Shown: in pieces, positions 22,035 through 32,294 of the stretch
Layout: the number at the start of each line of letters is the position of its first letter
Numbering within the stretch: the stretch's first letter is position 1
DNA from: Rubripirellula sp.
GTDB taxonomy: Bacteria; Planctomycetota; Planctomycetia; Pirellulales; Pirellulaceae
Length of the DNA stretch: 64,000 nt
Assembly: GCA_965216875.1 (NCBI GenBank)
Contig: OZ244207.1
Location: 2,080,001-2,144,000 of the forward strand
Direction of reading: 5' to 3'
Translations under genes and position numbers: made by a program
The notes under the pieces: generated by a model
What the model was told of the DNA's origin: nothing
Databases searched by the model: none
Seen by the model: the letters and a program-made list of their open reading frames with translations, nothing else

Positions 22035-24926
22035 TTATTTCAGGCGGCTCTTGCTGATGTTCTCGCGTTCTCGCAAGCGGCGCGAGGCGAACACGACAAC
22101 GCCAACAATCAGTGGCGGGATACATGGCAGCGCCACTGCGGCCGCCTTGACTTGATTTTGAATGCGCGTGACCTGCTGGGCTGCGACGCGTTCGATCTCT
22201 TGAATTTGCGAATCACGGTCCGTTTGCAACTTGGTTCGTTTCACGTCCAATTTGCGTTGCTCGCGTTCCTGTTCGACTTGGAAGCGTTGGATCAGGGCGG
22301 TGACCTTGGCTCGGTCAACCTTTCCGCTCTGGCCTTCCTTTTGAAGTTTCTCGATTTGCTCGCGAAGCGACTTCAGCTTTTCGTCCATGCCCTCTTGAGC
22401 TTCGCGAATCGCTTCGTCGTATTGCGTTTGGAATCGTTCACTTTCCGTGCGGACACTTCGACGGGCCTCTTCTTCAACCGTGTCGATCATTCGCAGGCTG
22501 GTGAAGGTTGGTTGGTGCTTGCGGACGTCGATAAACTCGGTCTCGCCAGTCAACCAATCGATGCAGTTCAAGATGAAGGTGACGTTCTGGAATTGGAATC
22601 GAGCTTCTTCGACTTGATTGGGGTCAGCTCGAATCATCAAGAATTCAGGGATCATCAGGTCGGTGTCGGCGACATAGACAGCGCGAATTGCTTTCTTGGT
22701 CGCTGCTTCCTCGGCCGTTTCGCCGTCTTCTGAGCCAGCATCCTTTTCCGAATCCACTTCGCCTTCGATCTGCATCGCAATCGTTTGATTCGGTTTGATG
22801 TTACCGAGCTCGCGTCGAAGCGCCATCGGATCGTTCATCAGGTTGCGAAGCTTATCGCTGCCGATCAAACCGCTTTCGCGAATCGTTGTCAGCAGCGGAG
22901 TGTGTTTGAAGGTCGCATCGTTCAGCGGCTCAACCGCTCCCGAAACGATCGCCAACACTTCCTTCATTCCGGAGGTGATGACACTTTCGTCGCTCAAGCA
23001 TTCGCCCGGTTGTGCGTTTGGAGCATCTGCATCGACAAAGATCCAAAGCTCGTTCGATTGTTGTTCGAGGTTCGGGTAAGGGTTGTGGGCCTGCCAGACC
23101 AAATCAGGCGTGTACATGCCTTGCAGACCTGCTTTGCCTGGGCAGTTGATTTGCAGTGTTTCCCAAAGAGCGCGAATGTCACCTTTGGGTTGAGGGCCAC
23201 CGCCGCCAAACATTCCGCCAGGTGATTGTTTGGGCATGCCGGTGGGCGTGATGTATCCGGTTCCGACGGGTGCCGGGTCTTCAAAGACGACGGTCGGAAC
23301 GCCTGCCTTAACCGCGTCGATGAAGCGTTGGAATTGCGGAGGTGCCAGGGACGAAGGCTGGACCGCGATCAAAGCTTCGTACATGTCGGGCGAAACGGGA
23401 GCACTCATGTCGACTTCTTCGACTTCGTACTGTTTGCTCAGTTCGTCGATCAGCGGGTGCCGAGGAACCGGCTGGAACGACATTCCCTGCATCACGTTCC
23501 CGCCAAACAGGCGTGCGTCGGTGGCGACGATGCCGATTCGTTTGCGAGAACCGGATGCGACCGTGTTGATGGAGCGAACGAGTTCGTACTCGACCGGAAT
23601 CCCATACTCGAAGACGGGGACAACGACTTTCTCGAGACCTGAACGGAATGCCGCTCCCAAGATCAGTTGTTTCTGTTGGGTGGCACCTTTCTCGCGGACC
23701 ATTCGGTTGACAGGTTCGATGCCGAACCGTTGTGCGGCCAAGTTCGCATCTTCGCTGAACAGCTCAATTCCGTCGTAAAGGTTGACCGTAATGTCGCGAC
23801 CTTTCTTCGACGCCTCGCTGCGGAACTCCTTCAAAAGGTTGATCAATTCGTAACGAGTACGTGCGTAGAGCTCGGGGACATCGGCGCTGATGAAGGCGTC
23901 GATCACGATCGGGCGGTCGCTATCGAGATTGCGAATCAGGTTCTTGGTCGCAGGAGCAAGCGAGCTGACTTTTCCTTCAGTTGCGTCGTAGCGAACGATG
24001 TCCATGTTTCGGAAGAGGACGACCGCGCCGGTGGTTGCAACGATGAGCGCCAGTGTTCTGGCGATGTAGTGCCAAGCCATCGTGTTGCCATCTTTGCCAC
24101 CGGTCCAGTGGCGACGTCCGATCAACACCATACAGATGTAAAGTGCGACGGTCGCGACAAGCACAAAGTAAAGGACCGACGAACTACTGATCACACCGCG
24201 ACCGAAGTCGTCAAAGGGACGTGCGATCCCGCTGTTACTAAGCCATTCGGCGAGCTTCCGCCAGGGGCTGACCGAATCGGCAAGCGCGGCAAAGGCAAGC
24301 GGGGCGTTGAAGAGCGAGCCCAGAATGAAGCCGACGGTGAGGTTGCCGGTCAGGAAGGACGCGATCATCCCGATCGCGATCATCGTCAACCCGACAAACC
24401 AGTAGCCAAGGTAGGTTGTGAAGATCAGTCCGACGTCGATGTCGCCTTCTGTCAGAATCGCAAGTGTTGCAAACGTGCTGATTTGCGAGAACAGCAGCGA
24501 AGCGGTGAAAATCGATGCAGCCGCCATGTACTTGCCGATCACGATGTCAAAGTCATCGGCCGGCAGGGTCAACAGAAGTTCGTCCGTTCCCTGTCGCTTT
24601 TCCTCCGCCCAGATACTCATCGTGATCGCTGGGATGAAGACCAGCATGATCAACGGGTACCAGTAGTTGAGCTGGTCGAGCGTCGCGAGGTTTTGGTTGA
24701 AAAACTCGTAAGGCCAGAAGGCGGCCAGCGACGTGAGGAAGACGAAGATACAGAGGAACACGTATCCCGTTGGATTGCCAAAGTAGCCGATGAAGTTTCT
24801 TTTCATCACGGCAAATGCGGCACGTTTGGTGCCGGCGAGCGTGACGACCAGTGCAAGCAGCACAAGCAAAAAGAAGAGGTCAAACAGCAACAGGCTCAGA
24901 ACTGCCGTGACGACGTTATTCAACAT
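22035..24926 (-). CDS. ABC-2 permease fused to GldG-like auxiliary domain
   Basis: PAITMSIWAEEKRQGTDELLLTLP, GKY; DATEGKVSSL, EYEL, NCIDWL; coiled coil and C-terminal TM. Confidence 0.85.
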   Translation of the reverse strand: MLNNVVTAVLSLLLFDLFFLLVLLALVVTLAGTKRAAFAVMKRNFIGYFGNPTGYVFLCIFVFLTSLAAFWPYEFFNQNLATLDQLNYWYPLIMLVFIPAITMSIWAEEKRQGTDELLLTLPADDFDIVIGKYMAAASIFTASLLFSQISTFATLAILTEGDIDVGLIFTTYLGYWFVGLTMIAIGMIASFLTGNLTVGFILGSLFNAPLAFAALADSVSPWRKLAEWLSNSGIARPFDDFGRGVISSSSVLYFVLVATVALYICMVLIGRRHWTGGKDGNTMAWHYIARTLALIVATTGAVVLFRNMDIVRYDATEGKVSSLAPATKNLIRNLDSDRPIVIDAFISADVPELYARTRYELINLLKEFRSEASKKGRDITVNLYDGIELFSEDANLAAQRFGIEPVNRMVREKGATQQKQLILGAAFRSGLEKVVVPVFEYGIPVEYELVRSINTVASGSRKRIGIVATDARLFGGNVMQGMSFQPVPRHPLIDELSKQYEVEEVDMSAPVSPDMYEALIAVQPSSLAPPQFQRFIDAVKAGVPTVVFEDPAPVGTGYITPTGMPKQSPGGMFGGGGPQPKGDIRALWETLQINCPGKAGLQGMYTPDLVWQAHNPYPNLEQQSNELWIFVDADAPNAQPGECLSDESVITSGMKEVLAIVSGAVEPLNDATFKHTPLLTTIRESGLIGSDKLRNLMNDPMALRRELGNIKPNQTIAMQIEGEVDSEKDAGSEDGETAEEAATKKAIRAVYVADTDLMIPEFLMIRADPNQVEEARFQFQNVTFILNCIDWLTGETEFIDVRKHQPTFTSLRMIDTVEEEARRSVRTESERFQTQYDEAIREAQEGMDEKLKSLREQIEKLQKEGQSGKVDRAKVTALIQRFQVEQEREQRKLDVKRTKLQTDRDSQIQEIERVAAQQVTRIQNQVKAAAVALPCIPPLIVGVVVFASRRLRERENISKSRLK

Positions 24927-25004
24927 GGTGGATTGAACGCTTTCGAATAGTCAGATGTCGGACAACAACCGAATGGAATCAACAGAGTTGAAGGTGCGAA
25001 GAAA

Positions 25005-25754
25005 TCAAACGGTTGCACCATGAGTCAGCTTGTGGAACGCCTTGTCGAGGTCACCATTGCCGTGCTCTCGAAGTTCATCAACCGTGCCGTCAAAGACCAA
25101 TCGTCCTTCGTTGATCATGACGACGCGGTCGGCCATCGCTTCCACTTCTTGCAGGATGTGCGTGCTGAGCAGGATCGTTTTCGTCTCGCTCAATCGACGC
25201 ATCGTTTTGCGAACGCCATGAATCTGGTTGGGATCCAAGCCGGCGGTCGGTTCGTCAAGGATCAGCACGTCGGGCTCGTGAAGCAGTGCTTGGCTCATGC
25301 CGACACGTTGCTTGAAACCCTTCGAGAGCTTGCTGATGGACTTGTGCAGCACCGACGAGAGGTCGCAGATGTCGATCACCGCATCGATGCGTTCCTGCTT
25401 CTTGCTGGCGTTCATTCCACGAGCGTCGGCAAAGAAGTCGAGCATCGACGACGGCGTCATCTCGGGATAGAGCGGGCCGTTTTCGGGAAGGTAGCCGAGG
25501 TGGCGACTGCCTTCCAACCGGTCCTCCATCATGTTGTGACCGGCGATCCGGGCCTGACCTTCGCTTGCGGCAATGTAGCCGGTCAGCATTTTCATGGTCG
25601 TGCTTTTGCCTGCACCGTTGGGACCCAGGAAAGCAACCAGCTCTCCCTCGCCCACCGTAAAGGTGACATCTCGTGCAGCTGCGAAGGGGCCATAAAACTT
25701 GCTCAGCCCAATCGCCTCGATCATCGGGCGCGGCGTTTCTTTCTCGGACGTCAT
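25005..25754 (-). CDS. ABC transporter ATP-binding protein (GldA-like)
   Basis: GPNGAGKST, LSKGFKQRVG, ILDEPTAGLDPNQ, STH. Confidence 0.93.
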   Translation of the reverse strand: MTSEKETPRPMIEAIGLSKFYGPFAAARDVTFTVGEGELVAFLGPNGAGKSTTMKMLTGYIAASEGQARIAGHNMMEDRLEGSRHLGYLPENGPLYPEMTPSSMLDFFADARGMNASKKQERIDAVIDICDLSSVLHKSISKLSKGFKQRVGMSQALLHEPDVLILDEPTAGLDPNQIHGVRKTMRRLSETKTILLSTHILQEVEAMADRVVMINEGRLVFDGTVDELREHGNGDLDKAFHKLTHGATV

Positions 25755-26063
25755 AGGCTCGTGGCGTCTGGTCCAGGGAAGGTGGGGTAGGGGGACGAAT
25801 GAGTGGCATCAATAGACACTCACTCGCAACGCGGCGAGATTTTCGCACGCTTGGTCTAGATTTCAAGCTACCGGTACGCCCTGAAACAAAGGGCGGTTCG
25901 CCGGTATCGAGAATTTTTTGAGAGTTTGGGCCCCGAGCATCAGAGGGCTCGGATTCAAGGGTAGTGGACGAGGCAACGAGTCCCGTTTCGTGACATTCCT
26001 GTAAGAGAACGACGAAGCAGTTGTGGCCCCACCCACCACGGGTGGCCCGATGAGTCGGTTTGC

Positions 26064-26240
26064 CTAGGCGAGCTTTTCGCGCTCGATGATGACATCGGCG
26101 CCGGGCGTCAGCTTGCGAAGCTTGCGTACCACTTCGCTCTTGTCCATCGTGCCTTTCTTAGCACGAGCAATCAGGATCGCGGTTTTGCGACGACGAGCGC
26201 GGAGACGACGGATTTCGCGGACGCGTTCAATACCAGCCAT
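26064..26240 (-). CDS. Small basic protein, 58 aa (resembles DUF6800-type proteins)
   Basis: Hand translation: MAGIERVREIRRLRARRRKTAILIARAKKGTMDKSEVVRKLRKLTPGADVIIEREKLA*; below the ORF-track cutoff; co-oriented with neighbours. Confidence 0.75.
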   Translation of the reverse strand: MAGIERVREIRRLRARRRKTAILIARAKKGTMDKSEVVRKLRKLTPGADVIIEREKLA

Positions 26241-26357
26241 GTTCGATTCAAACTTTCTGCAGTTGGGTTTGTTTGTTGATCAAGCGAAAAGCCTATCACA
26301 TTTGCCAGCGACTCGTGTAGGCCATGTTCCCATCGCGTTTTTTGCTCGCTCGCCGTT

Positions 26358-26462
26358 CGTAGTACCGGCTTTAGCCGGAATCTTCTGCCCCCCTGATCCG
26401 ATGGCGGGGTCCAAAAGCGGGAACCTTCACAGCACATCCACCTTCTGGCGAAGGTAGCTACG
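26358..26462. repeat. REP-like elements downstream of topA
   Basis: CGTAGTACCGGCTTTAGCCGGAA (26358-26380); CCACCTTCTGGCGAAGGTAGCTACG (26438-26462) is the exact reverse complement of 19866-19890. Confidence 0.8.
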
Positions 26463-26473
26463 AACAGCACAGC

Positions 26474-29212
26474 CTACGACTTCTTCTCAGGCACGCCTTT
26501 TTTCTTCGCAGTCTTCTTTTTGACGGCTTTCTTCTTTGCGGCCTTCTTTTTGGTTGCCTTTTTCTTAGCCGTCTTTTTCTTCGCAGCCTTCTTTTTGGTT
26601 GCTTTCTTCTTTTTCTTCTTCTTGGTCGGCCCCTTTGCGGCGCGAACGGCAAGCAGGTCGAGGGCAGCTTCGAAGGTCAATTCCTTCGGATCGGACCCGC
26701 GAGGCAGCGATGCATTGGTTTCGCCATCGGTCACGTACGGTCCATAGCGTCCATCAAGAATCTTCACCTCGCCTTCGGTCACCGGCGACTTGCCCTCATA
26801 AACCTTCAGCGGTTCTTTGGGAGCAGCGCGGCCTCGCGTCTTGGGCTGCTTGAGAAGCTCCATCGCTTGTTCGAACGTGACATCAAGCGGAGAGAGATCC
26901 GCTGGGAGGGAACGCGTCTCTTTCTCGCATTTGACGTACGGTCCGTAGCGACCGTCGAACGCCTGGACGGGGTTTCCGTTTTCCGGGTGGTCGCCGAGTG
27001 TTCGTGGCAGCTCGAGAAGCTTGCAAGCCATTTCGACCGTCAAGTCTTCGGGGGTCATACCACGAAGCAGCGACTGGTTACGTTTCTCTTCGTCGTCCGA
27101 TTCGCCAAGTTGAATGTAGGGACCGAATCGGCCGACTTTGACGTAAATGGGTTTGCCGTTGTCGGGGTGCGTGCCGATCGGAGCCTGCTGAATCTCGGCT
27201 TGTTCAAGCAGCTCGATCGCTTTTGGCAGGTCCATCTCATCGGGCGGCAAGCCGTCGGGGATCGAGGCCGTGCGTTCGCCCTGTTGAATGAACGGATTGT
27301 CGCGGCCAACACGCACAAAGACTTCTTCTCGGTGCTCACCCGAGTCGGGAGTGCCAAGGGTGAACTGCGCCGTGGTCCGCGGGTCGATTTCATCAAGTTT
27401 GACTTTGACGCGTTCCTTCAATCCGACATTGTGTTTGTCTTGGGATTGGTCGCCAAAGTAGAACTTCTCGAGGTATTGCCGCGCCCCCACTTCCTGACGA
27501 CTGATCGAGTCAAGGAAATCCTCCATTTCGGCGGTGAACTCGTAGTCAACGAGTGTCGAGAAGTGTTGTTCCATCAAGCGAGTGACACTGAAAGCTCGCC
27601 ATGTCGGAACGAGGGCAGAGCCTTTCTTGATGATGTAGTTCCGCCGCTCGTCGGTGATGGTTCCGATAATCGACGCATACGTACTCGGACGACCAATACC
27701 GCGTTCTTCGAGGGTTCGTGTGAGCGAAGCTTCGGTGTACCGCGCTGGTGGCTGAGTCGTGTGACTCTTTGGCTCAAGCTCTTTGGCGCTAAGCGATTCG
27801 TTCTCTTGAACACTTGGCAGGAGCCGTTCTTTATTGGCCAATTCGGCTTCGGGGTTGTCGCTGCCTTCGACGTAGGCTCGTAGAAAACCTTCGAACAAGA
27901 TGCTTGTTCCGCTAGCCGTGAATTTGGCTCCACCGCCTTCGATCGAGATGCTGATACGTTGCTTTTTCGCATCGGCCATTTGACAGGCGATCGTCCGTTT
28001 CCAAATCAACTCATAGAGGCGGAATTGGTCGGAATCGAGTTCGCCTTTGACAGCGCTCGGTTTTCGGAACGACGTACCGGCCGGACGTACCGCTTCGTGA
28101 GCTTCTTGGGCGTTTTTGACTTTACCCTTGTAGACCCGCACGTCGGGGTGAAGGAAATCGTCGCCGTATTCACTGCGTACCAAATTTCGAGCGGCGCCGA
28201 TCGCTTCCTTGCTGAGCGTCGTGCTGTCGGTACGCATGTAGGTGATGTAACCGTTCTCGTACAGCTTCTGGGCGGCACCCATCGTGCGTTTGGCCGAGAA
28301 ACCGAGTTTGCGGTTGGCTTCCTGTTGCAGCGTACTGGTCGTAAACGGTGCGCGAGGCCTTTCGGTAAAGGGTTTGACTTCGACCGACGTGACCGAGAAA
28401 TCGGCGTTCATCAAGCGGCCGGCCAATTCGGTCGCCTGCTGCTCGTCCATCTGGTACAGGTCGGCATTCTTGAGCTGACCGGTTGCCGAATCAAAGTCTT
28501 TGCCTGAGGGAATCTTGCGCCCGTCGACCGATGCCAGCGTCGCTGTCATCTTTTCCGATTTCTGGGTTTCGAAGATCGCTTCCAGGTCCCAGTAGGTCGA
28601 ATCGACAAAGGCAATTCGCTCGCGTTCGCGCTGAACGATCAGACGCACTGCGACACTTTGCACACGTCCGGCACTGGTGTTTTTGCCGACACGCCGCCAC
28701 AACAGCTGGGACATGTCAAAGCCGTAGAGGCGGTCGATAATTCGACGAGTTTCTTGCGCATTGACAAGACCTTCATCGATTTCCCGCGTCGCCTCGAGAG
28801 CGTTTGCGATCGCCTCTTTGGTGATTTCGTGGAAAACGAGTCGGTGGACCGGCACTTTTGGCTTGAGGATCTCGAGCAGGTGCCAGCTGATCGCCTCTCC
28901 TTCGCGGTCTTCGTCCGTCGCGAGATAGAGCTTGTCACACTCTTTGAGGGCTTTCTTGAGCTTCGTCACCTGCTTTTTCTTTTCATCAGGGACGATGTAG
29001 ACCGGTTTGAACCCGTCGTTGATGTCAACGCCGAGGTAGGCCCACTCTTCTTTCTTGAACTTCTCCGGACAATCTTTTTTGCCCTCGGGCAGATCGCGGA
29101 CGTGACCGATACTCGCCTCGACCTGGTATCCGCTCCCAAGGAATTTGGAGATTGTGCGTGCTTTTGCCGGTGATTCGACGATCACCAAGCTCTTGCCCGT
29201 GCTTTTGGCCAT
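26474..29212 (-). CDS. topA: DNA topoisomerase I (type IA) with C-terminal repeats and Lys-rich tail
   Basis: IVESPAKA, ATDEDREGE, SAGRVQS, ITYMRTDS, AQEAHEAVRP, GIGRPSTY; GRF/YGPY repeats; KKAAK-like tail. Confidence 0.97.
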   Translation of the reverse strand: MAKSTGKSLVIVESPAKARTISKFLGSGYQVEASIGHVRDLPEGKKDCPEKFKKEEWAYLGVDINDGFKPVYIVPDEKKKQVTKLKKALKECDKLYLATDEDREGEAISWHLLEILKPKVPVHRLVFHEITKEAIANALEATREIDEGLVNAQETRRIIDRLYGFDMSQLLWRRVGKNTSAGRVQSVAVRLIVQRERERIAFVDSTYWDLEAIFETQKSEKMTATLASVDGRKIPSGKDFDSATGQLKNADLYQMDEQQATELAGRLMNADFSVTSVEVKPFTERPRAPFTTSTLQQEANRKLGFSAKRTMGAAQKLYENGYITYMRTDSTTLSKEAIGAARNLVRSEYGDDFLHPDVRVYKGKVKNAQEAHEAVRPAGTSFRKPSAVKGELDSDQFRLYELIWKRTIACQMADAKKQRISISIEGGGAKFTASGTSILFEGFLRAYVEGSDNPEAELANKERLLPSVQENESLSAKELEPKSHTTQPPARYTEASLTRTLEERGIGRPSTYASIIGTITDERRNYIIKKGSALVPTWRAFSVTRLMEQHFSTLVDYEFTAEMEDFLDSISRQEVGARQYLEKFYFGDQSQDKHNVGLKERVKVKLDEIDPRTTAQFTLGTPDSGEHREEVFVRVGRDNPFIQQGERTASIPDGLPPDEMDLPKAIELLEQAEIQQAPIGTHPDNGKPIYVKVGRFGPYIQLGESDDEEKRNQSLLRGMTPEDLTVEMACKLLELPRTLGDHPENGNPVQAFDGRYGPYVKCEKETRSLPADLSPLDVTFEQAMELLKQPKTRGRAAPKEPLKVYEGKSPVTEGEVKILDGRYGPYVTDGETNASLPRGSDPKELTFEAALDLLAVRAAKGPTKKKKKKKATKKKAAKKKTAKKKATKKKAAKKKAVKKKTAKKKGVPEKKS

Positions 29213-29761
29213 TCAACGTGCGATGGTTCGAGTCTTGACTTCGGGTCCAGCCGATTTTCCGGCCTTCGAAAAGGATGGTCGGCGCCGACAGTGGTTGTTT
29301 ATCGGATTGGTTCTACCGTTGTGACAGCAATTCGCCTTGACCCTTGAAAAAGGGGGGCGATACGCTTTCTACTTGGTTGGTGAGCAACTCCAGGTCGAAA
29401 GGACGCCCCAGCGGTCGGTCAACTTCCCGAAATGAACACGGGTGGTGACGTTTTGGTCCGCTGTTTGTCCTCAAGCCGCCTAAAGAGGGTTGGGTGATCT
29501 GCCATCATTTGTCAAGATGACTGAGGATGACGTTTTGCCGGCTCTTTCAGAGTGCCACCATGGACGGACCCCAATAATTTCACCAATCCCGCGAAAAGAG
29601 TACGCAGCCAATTTTCCCTGATTGTCGAACTTCTTCCTCCTCAACATTCACCCTCGGGTGCCAATTTTGGGGATTCTTTCCAGGGAGAGGCCCGGCGGAT
29701 ACAGTTTTGCAAACAAAACGACCACGGTCAGGCAGATTTGAGACTCTGAAAGTTTCCTCCT

Positions 29762-32239
29762 ATGAACAACAGTCCTTTCGAGATTTTCCGGCGCAACCTC
29801 AAGCCATTGATGGTGTTGTTGACCGGATTGGCAATGTTCGCATTCGTCGTCCTTCCTGTGATGGACACTTACATGCGGCGTGGAGCGAGTGGCGGCGGTG
29901 AAGCCGTTGTCGCCCAATTCGATGGGATCACCCTGACCCAGGCACGTATGGATTCGTTGACTCGCAACCATGCGGCAACTGTCCGGTTCCTTCGCGAACT
30001 CGCGGAATTGACGATTGCCGATGGTGGTGTGCCCCGAACCGGCGGTTTTTCCTACGACGCCCAAAATCAACGCATCGAACGAATCGGGATCAACGAAACG
30101 GCATCGAACGAATGGACCGTTCGTGCGGTTCAGTGGTCCAACCGAGCCAAGAAAGCTGGCTTCGAGCTTGACGATTTTGCGATCGAAACATGGCTGCAGC
30201 AGTACTCGGATGGTCGATTCACGGAGTCGCAGATCATCGGTCTGCTGATGGAGAGCACCGGCAACTCGATGGGCCGGCCACACCTGTACGAACAGCTTCG
30301 GTACCAATTGCTGGCCAGCATGTATTCCCAGGCCGCCTACGCAGCTGTACCGAGTGGTCAATTCCCACAGCTGACACCTTCCGAACAGTGGGAGTCGTTC
30401 CTGAAGCTCAATCGAAACGCGCGGATCGACGTTTACGGCGTTCCCGTTTCGGAATTCATGGACCAAACCAACGAGAATCCCTCGATGGCTGAAATCCAGA
30501 AGATCTTTGACGAAGGCAAAGATCGAAGCGCGAGCGACCAATCGCCCGAACCTGGTTTCTACAAACGTTCGACTGCAAAGTTTGAATACCTGGTCGCCAA
30601 TTACAAAACATTCCTCGACGCCGAAATCGCAAAGCTGACCGAGGAAGAGTTGCGTGCCGAATACGACAAACGTTTGAGTGGCGGCGAATTCCAATTGCCG
30701 ACCGGCATGTTCTCGCCCGCCGGTGAGGGTGCTGCTGAGGCTGGAGCGGACGCTGGTGCCGCAGACACAAGCCCAGAGGCCGCAGATTCTGGCGATGCAG
30801 CAGCGGAAAAGACGGACGCAGAAGCTTCCGAATCAGCCCCAGGCGACACGGATGCGGCATCGGCAGAGGAGGCTGAAGGCTCGTCAGAAGAAGCAGGTGC
30901 GGATGCTTCCGCAGAAGCGGGCGAAGCAACTGCGGAGGATACCGCTGAAGAAGCAGGCGAATCGACAAGCGAAGAAGGCGAAGCTGGCCGGGCCGATCAA
31001 TCCAGCACCAACGCCGATCGTGCTGTTCGCTTGGTTGCGTTGCAGGACGAATCGCAGTCGACCGAAGAAGCTGCTGCTGAAGCCACCGAAGAGGCTCCAG
31101 CATCCGAAGAGTCGGCCGAGACCGCTGAATCGGCTGACGAAGAGGGTGAAGGCGAAGCTGCCGCCGAGAAAACCGCGGCTGCCGACGATTCCAACGCAGA
31201 ATCAGAAGGTACCGAAGGTTCCGCTGGCGAAGATGCTTCCGCTGAAGCAGCCGCCGAAGAAGCCGAGCCAGCCAAGACGAAAACATTTGAAGAAGTTCGC
31301 GATCAGATCGCCGAGGACCTCGCCGGTCCAGAGGCTCGCCGCAAACTAAACGCGGCAGCCGCTGCGGCAGTGCGTGAGATGAAGAGTTACTTCAACAGCC
31401 GCGCGATTCACGAGAGCAATGTTGCCAACGGCGACAAGGTTGACCCCCTTGAACCGTTCGACATGAAGGCGCTCGCGAAAAAGCTTGGCCTGGAATACCA
31501 AGAGCCGGTTGGTCCCTACGACATTGTTTCGATTGACGATGAGCCGATTGCTCAATCGAGCGAAGAAGGCTTCGAAATGCTACGTCGTGGACCTCCATTT
31601 GCCCTGATGATGTATGGCTTCCCCGGCCAGCTTCAGCCACAACAGTTGTACTACCCGTTGCGAACGGTCGACGACCAAGGTGGCCTAACCTACATCTCGT
31701 GGAAGACCGAAGAAAAAGAGGCTTACACGCCAACGCTTGACGAAGTCAAAGACGAAGTCATCAAGGCAGCACGCACGATTGAAGCTCGTGATCTTGCACT
31801 TGCCGCCGCCCAAGAGATCGCCGAGAAGGTTGATGGCGGATCGTTTGAAGAGGCCATCGGTGAGGACAAGAAGGACTTCCTTGATCTTGGCATCGGTCCC
31901 TTCTCGCACCTTCAAATGCAGGGCCGTGGCGGATCGACGATCGGCAACGTGCCAGAACTTGATTCCGTTGGCGACGACTTCATGAAGTCGGTGTTTGCAA
32001 CCGAGATTGGTGGCGTTGCAGTCGCAATGAACCAGCCCAAGACCGTCGTCTATGTCATCAAACCCGTCGGCTTCGAACCCTCGTTTGAAGAGTTGCAAAC
32101 ACGATTCAAACAGCCAACCGATCGCATGATGGCCGCTTTCTTTGGTGGCAACGACGGCGACGCAATAGTCCAGGGATTCTACGAATCGGTTGACGATCGT
32201 TCGAAGTTCCAAACCGCTCTCGACGAAAGCGGAAACTGA
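29762..32239 (+). CDS. Membrane-anchored PpiD/SurA-like protein with acidic insertion
   Basis: FEIFRRN..LMVLL..LAMFAFVV N-terminus; EEELRAEYD, KTFEEVRDQI, PTLDEVKDEV segments. The family call is tentative. Confidence 0.6.
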   Translation: MNNSPFEIFRRNLKPLMVLLTGLAMFAFVVLPVMDTYMRRGASGGGEAVVAQFDGITLTQARMDSLTRNHAATVRFLRELAELTIADGGVPRTGGFSYDAQNQRIERIGINETASNEWTVRAVQWSNRAKKAGFELDDFAIETWLQQYSDGRFTESQIIGLLMESTGNSMGRPHLYEQLRYQLLASMYSQAAYAAVPSGQFPQLTPSEQWESFLKLNRNARIDVYGVPVSEFMDQTNENPSMAEIQKIFDEGKDRSASDQSPEPGFYKRSTAKFEYLVANYKTFLDAEIAKLTEEELRAEYDKRLSGGEFQLPTGMFSPAGEGAAEAGADAGAADTSPEAADSGDAAAEKTDAEASESAPGDTDAASAEEAEGSSEEAGADASAEAGEATAEDTAEEAGESTSEEGEAGRADQSSTNADRAVRLVALQDESQSTEEAAAEATEEAPASEESAETAESADEEGEGEAAAEKTAAADDSNAESEGTEGSAGEDASAEAAAEEAEPAKTKTFEEVRDQIAEDLAGPEARRKLNAAAAAAVREMKSYFNSRAIHESNVANGDKVDPLEPFDMKALAKKLGLEYQEPVGPYDIVSIDDEPIAQSSEEGFEMLRRGPPFALMMYGFPGQLQPQQLYYPLRTVDDQGGLTYISWKTEEKEAYTPTLDEVKDEVIKAARTIEARDLALAAAQEIAEKVDGGSFEEAIGEDKKDFLDLGIGPFSHLQMQGRGGSTIGNVPELDSVGDDFMKSVFATEIGGVAVAMNQPKTVVYVIKPVGFEPSFEELQTRFKQPTDRMMAAFFGGNDGDAIVQGFYESVDDRSKFQTALDESGN

Positions 32240-32294
32240 GTCGATTGATCCAGTTTGAAGTAGCAAACGCTACTTTGAAGCATCGTTATCGAAT

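Noticed and set aside
23667..24950. Long antisense ORFs (also 20055-21020, 26867-27883, 29648-30694, 36188-37249, 44958-45980)
   Set aside because: Shadow frames opposite well-supported genes, expected from high-GC codon bias.
20019..25754. Gliding motility locus
   Set aside because: Only the widespread ABC-like components are present; no gldK-N or T9SS genes.
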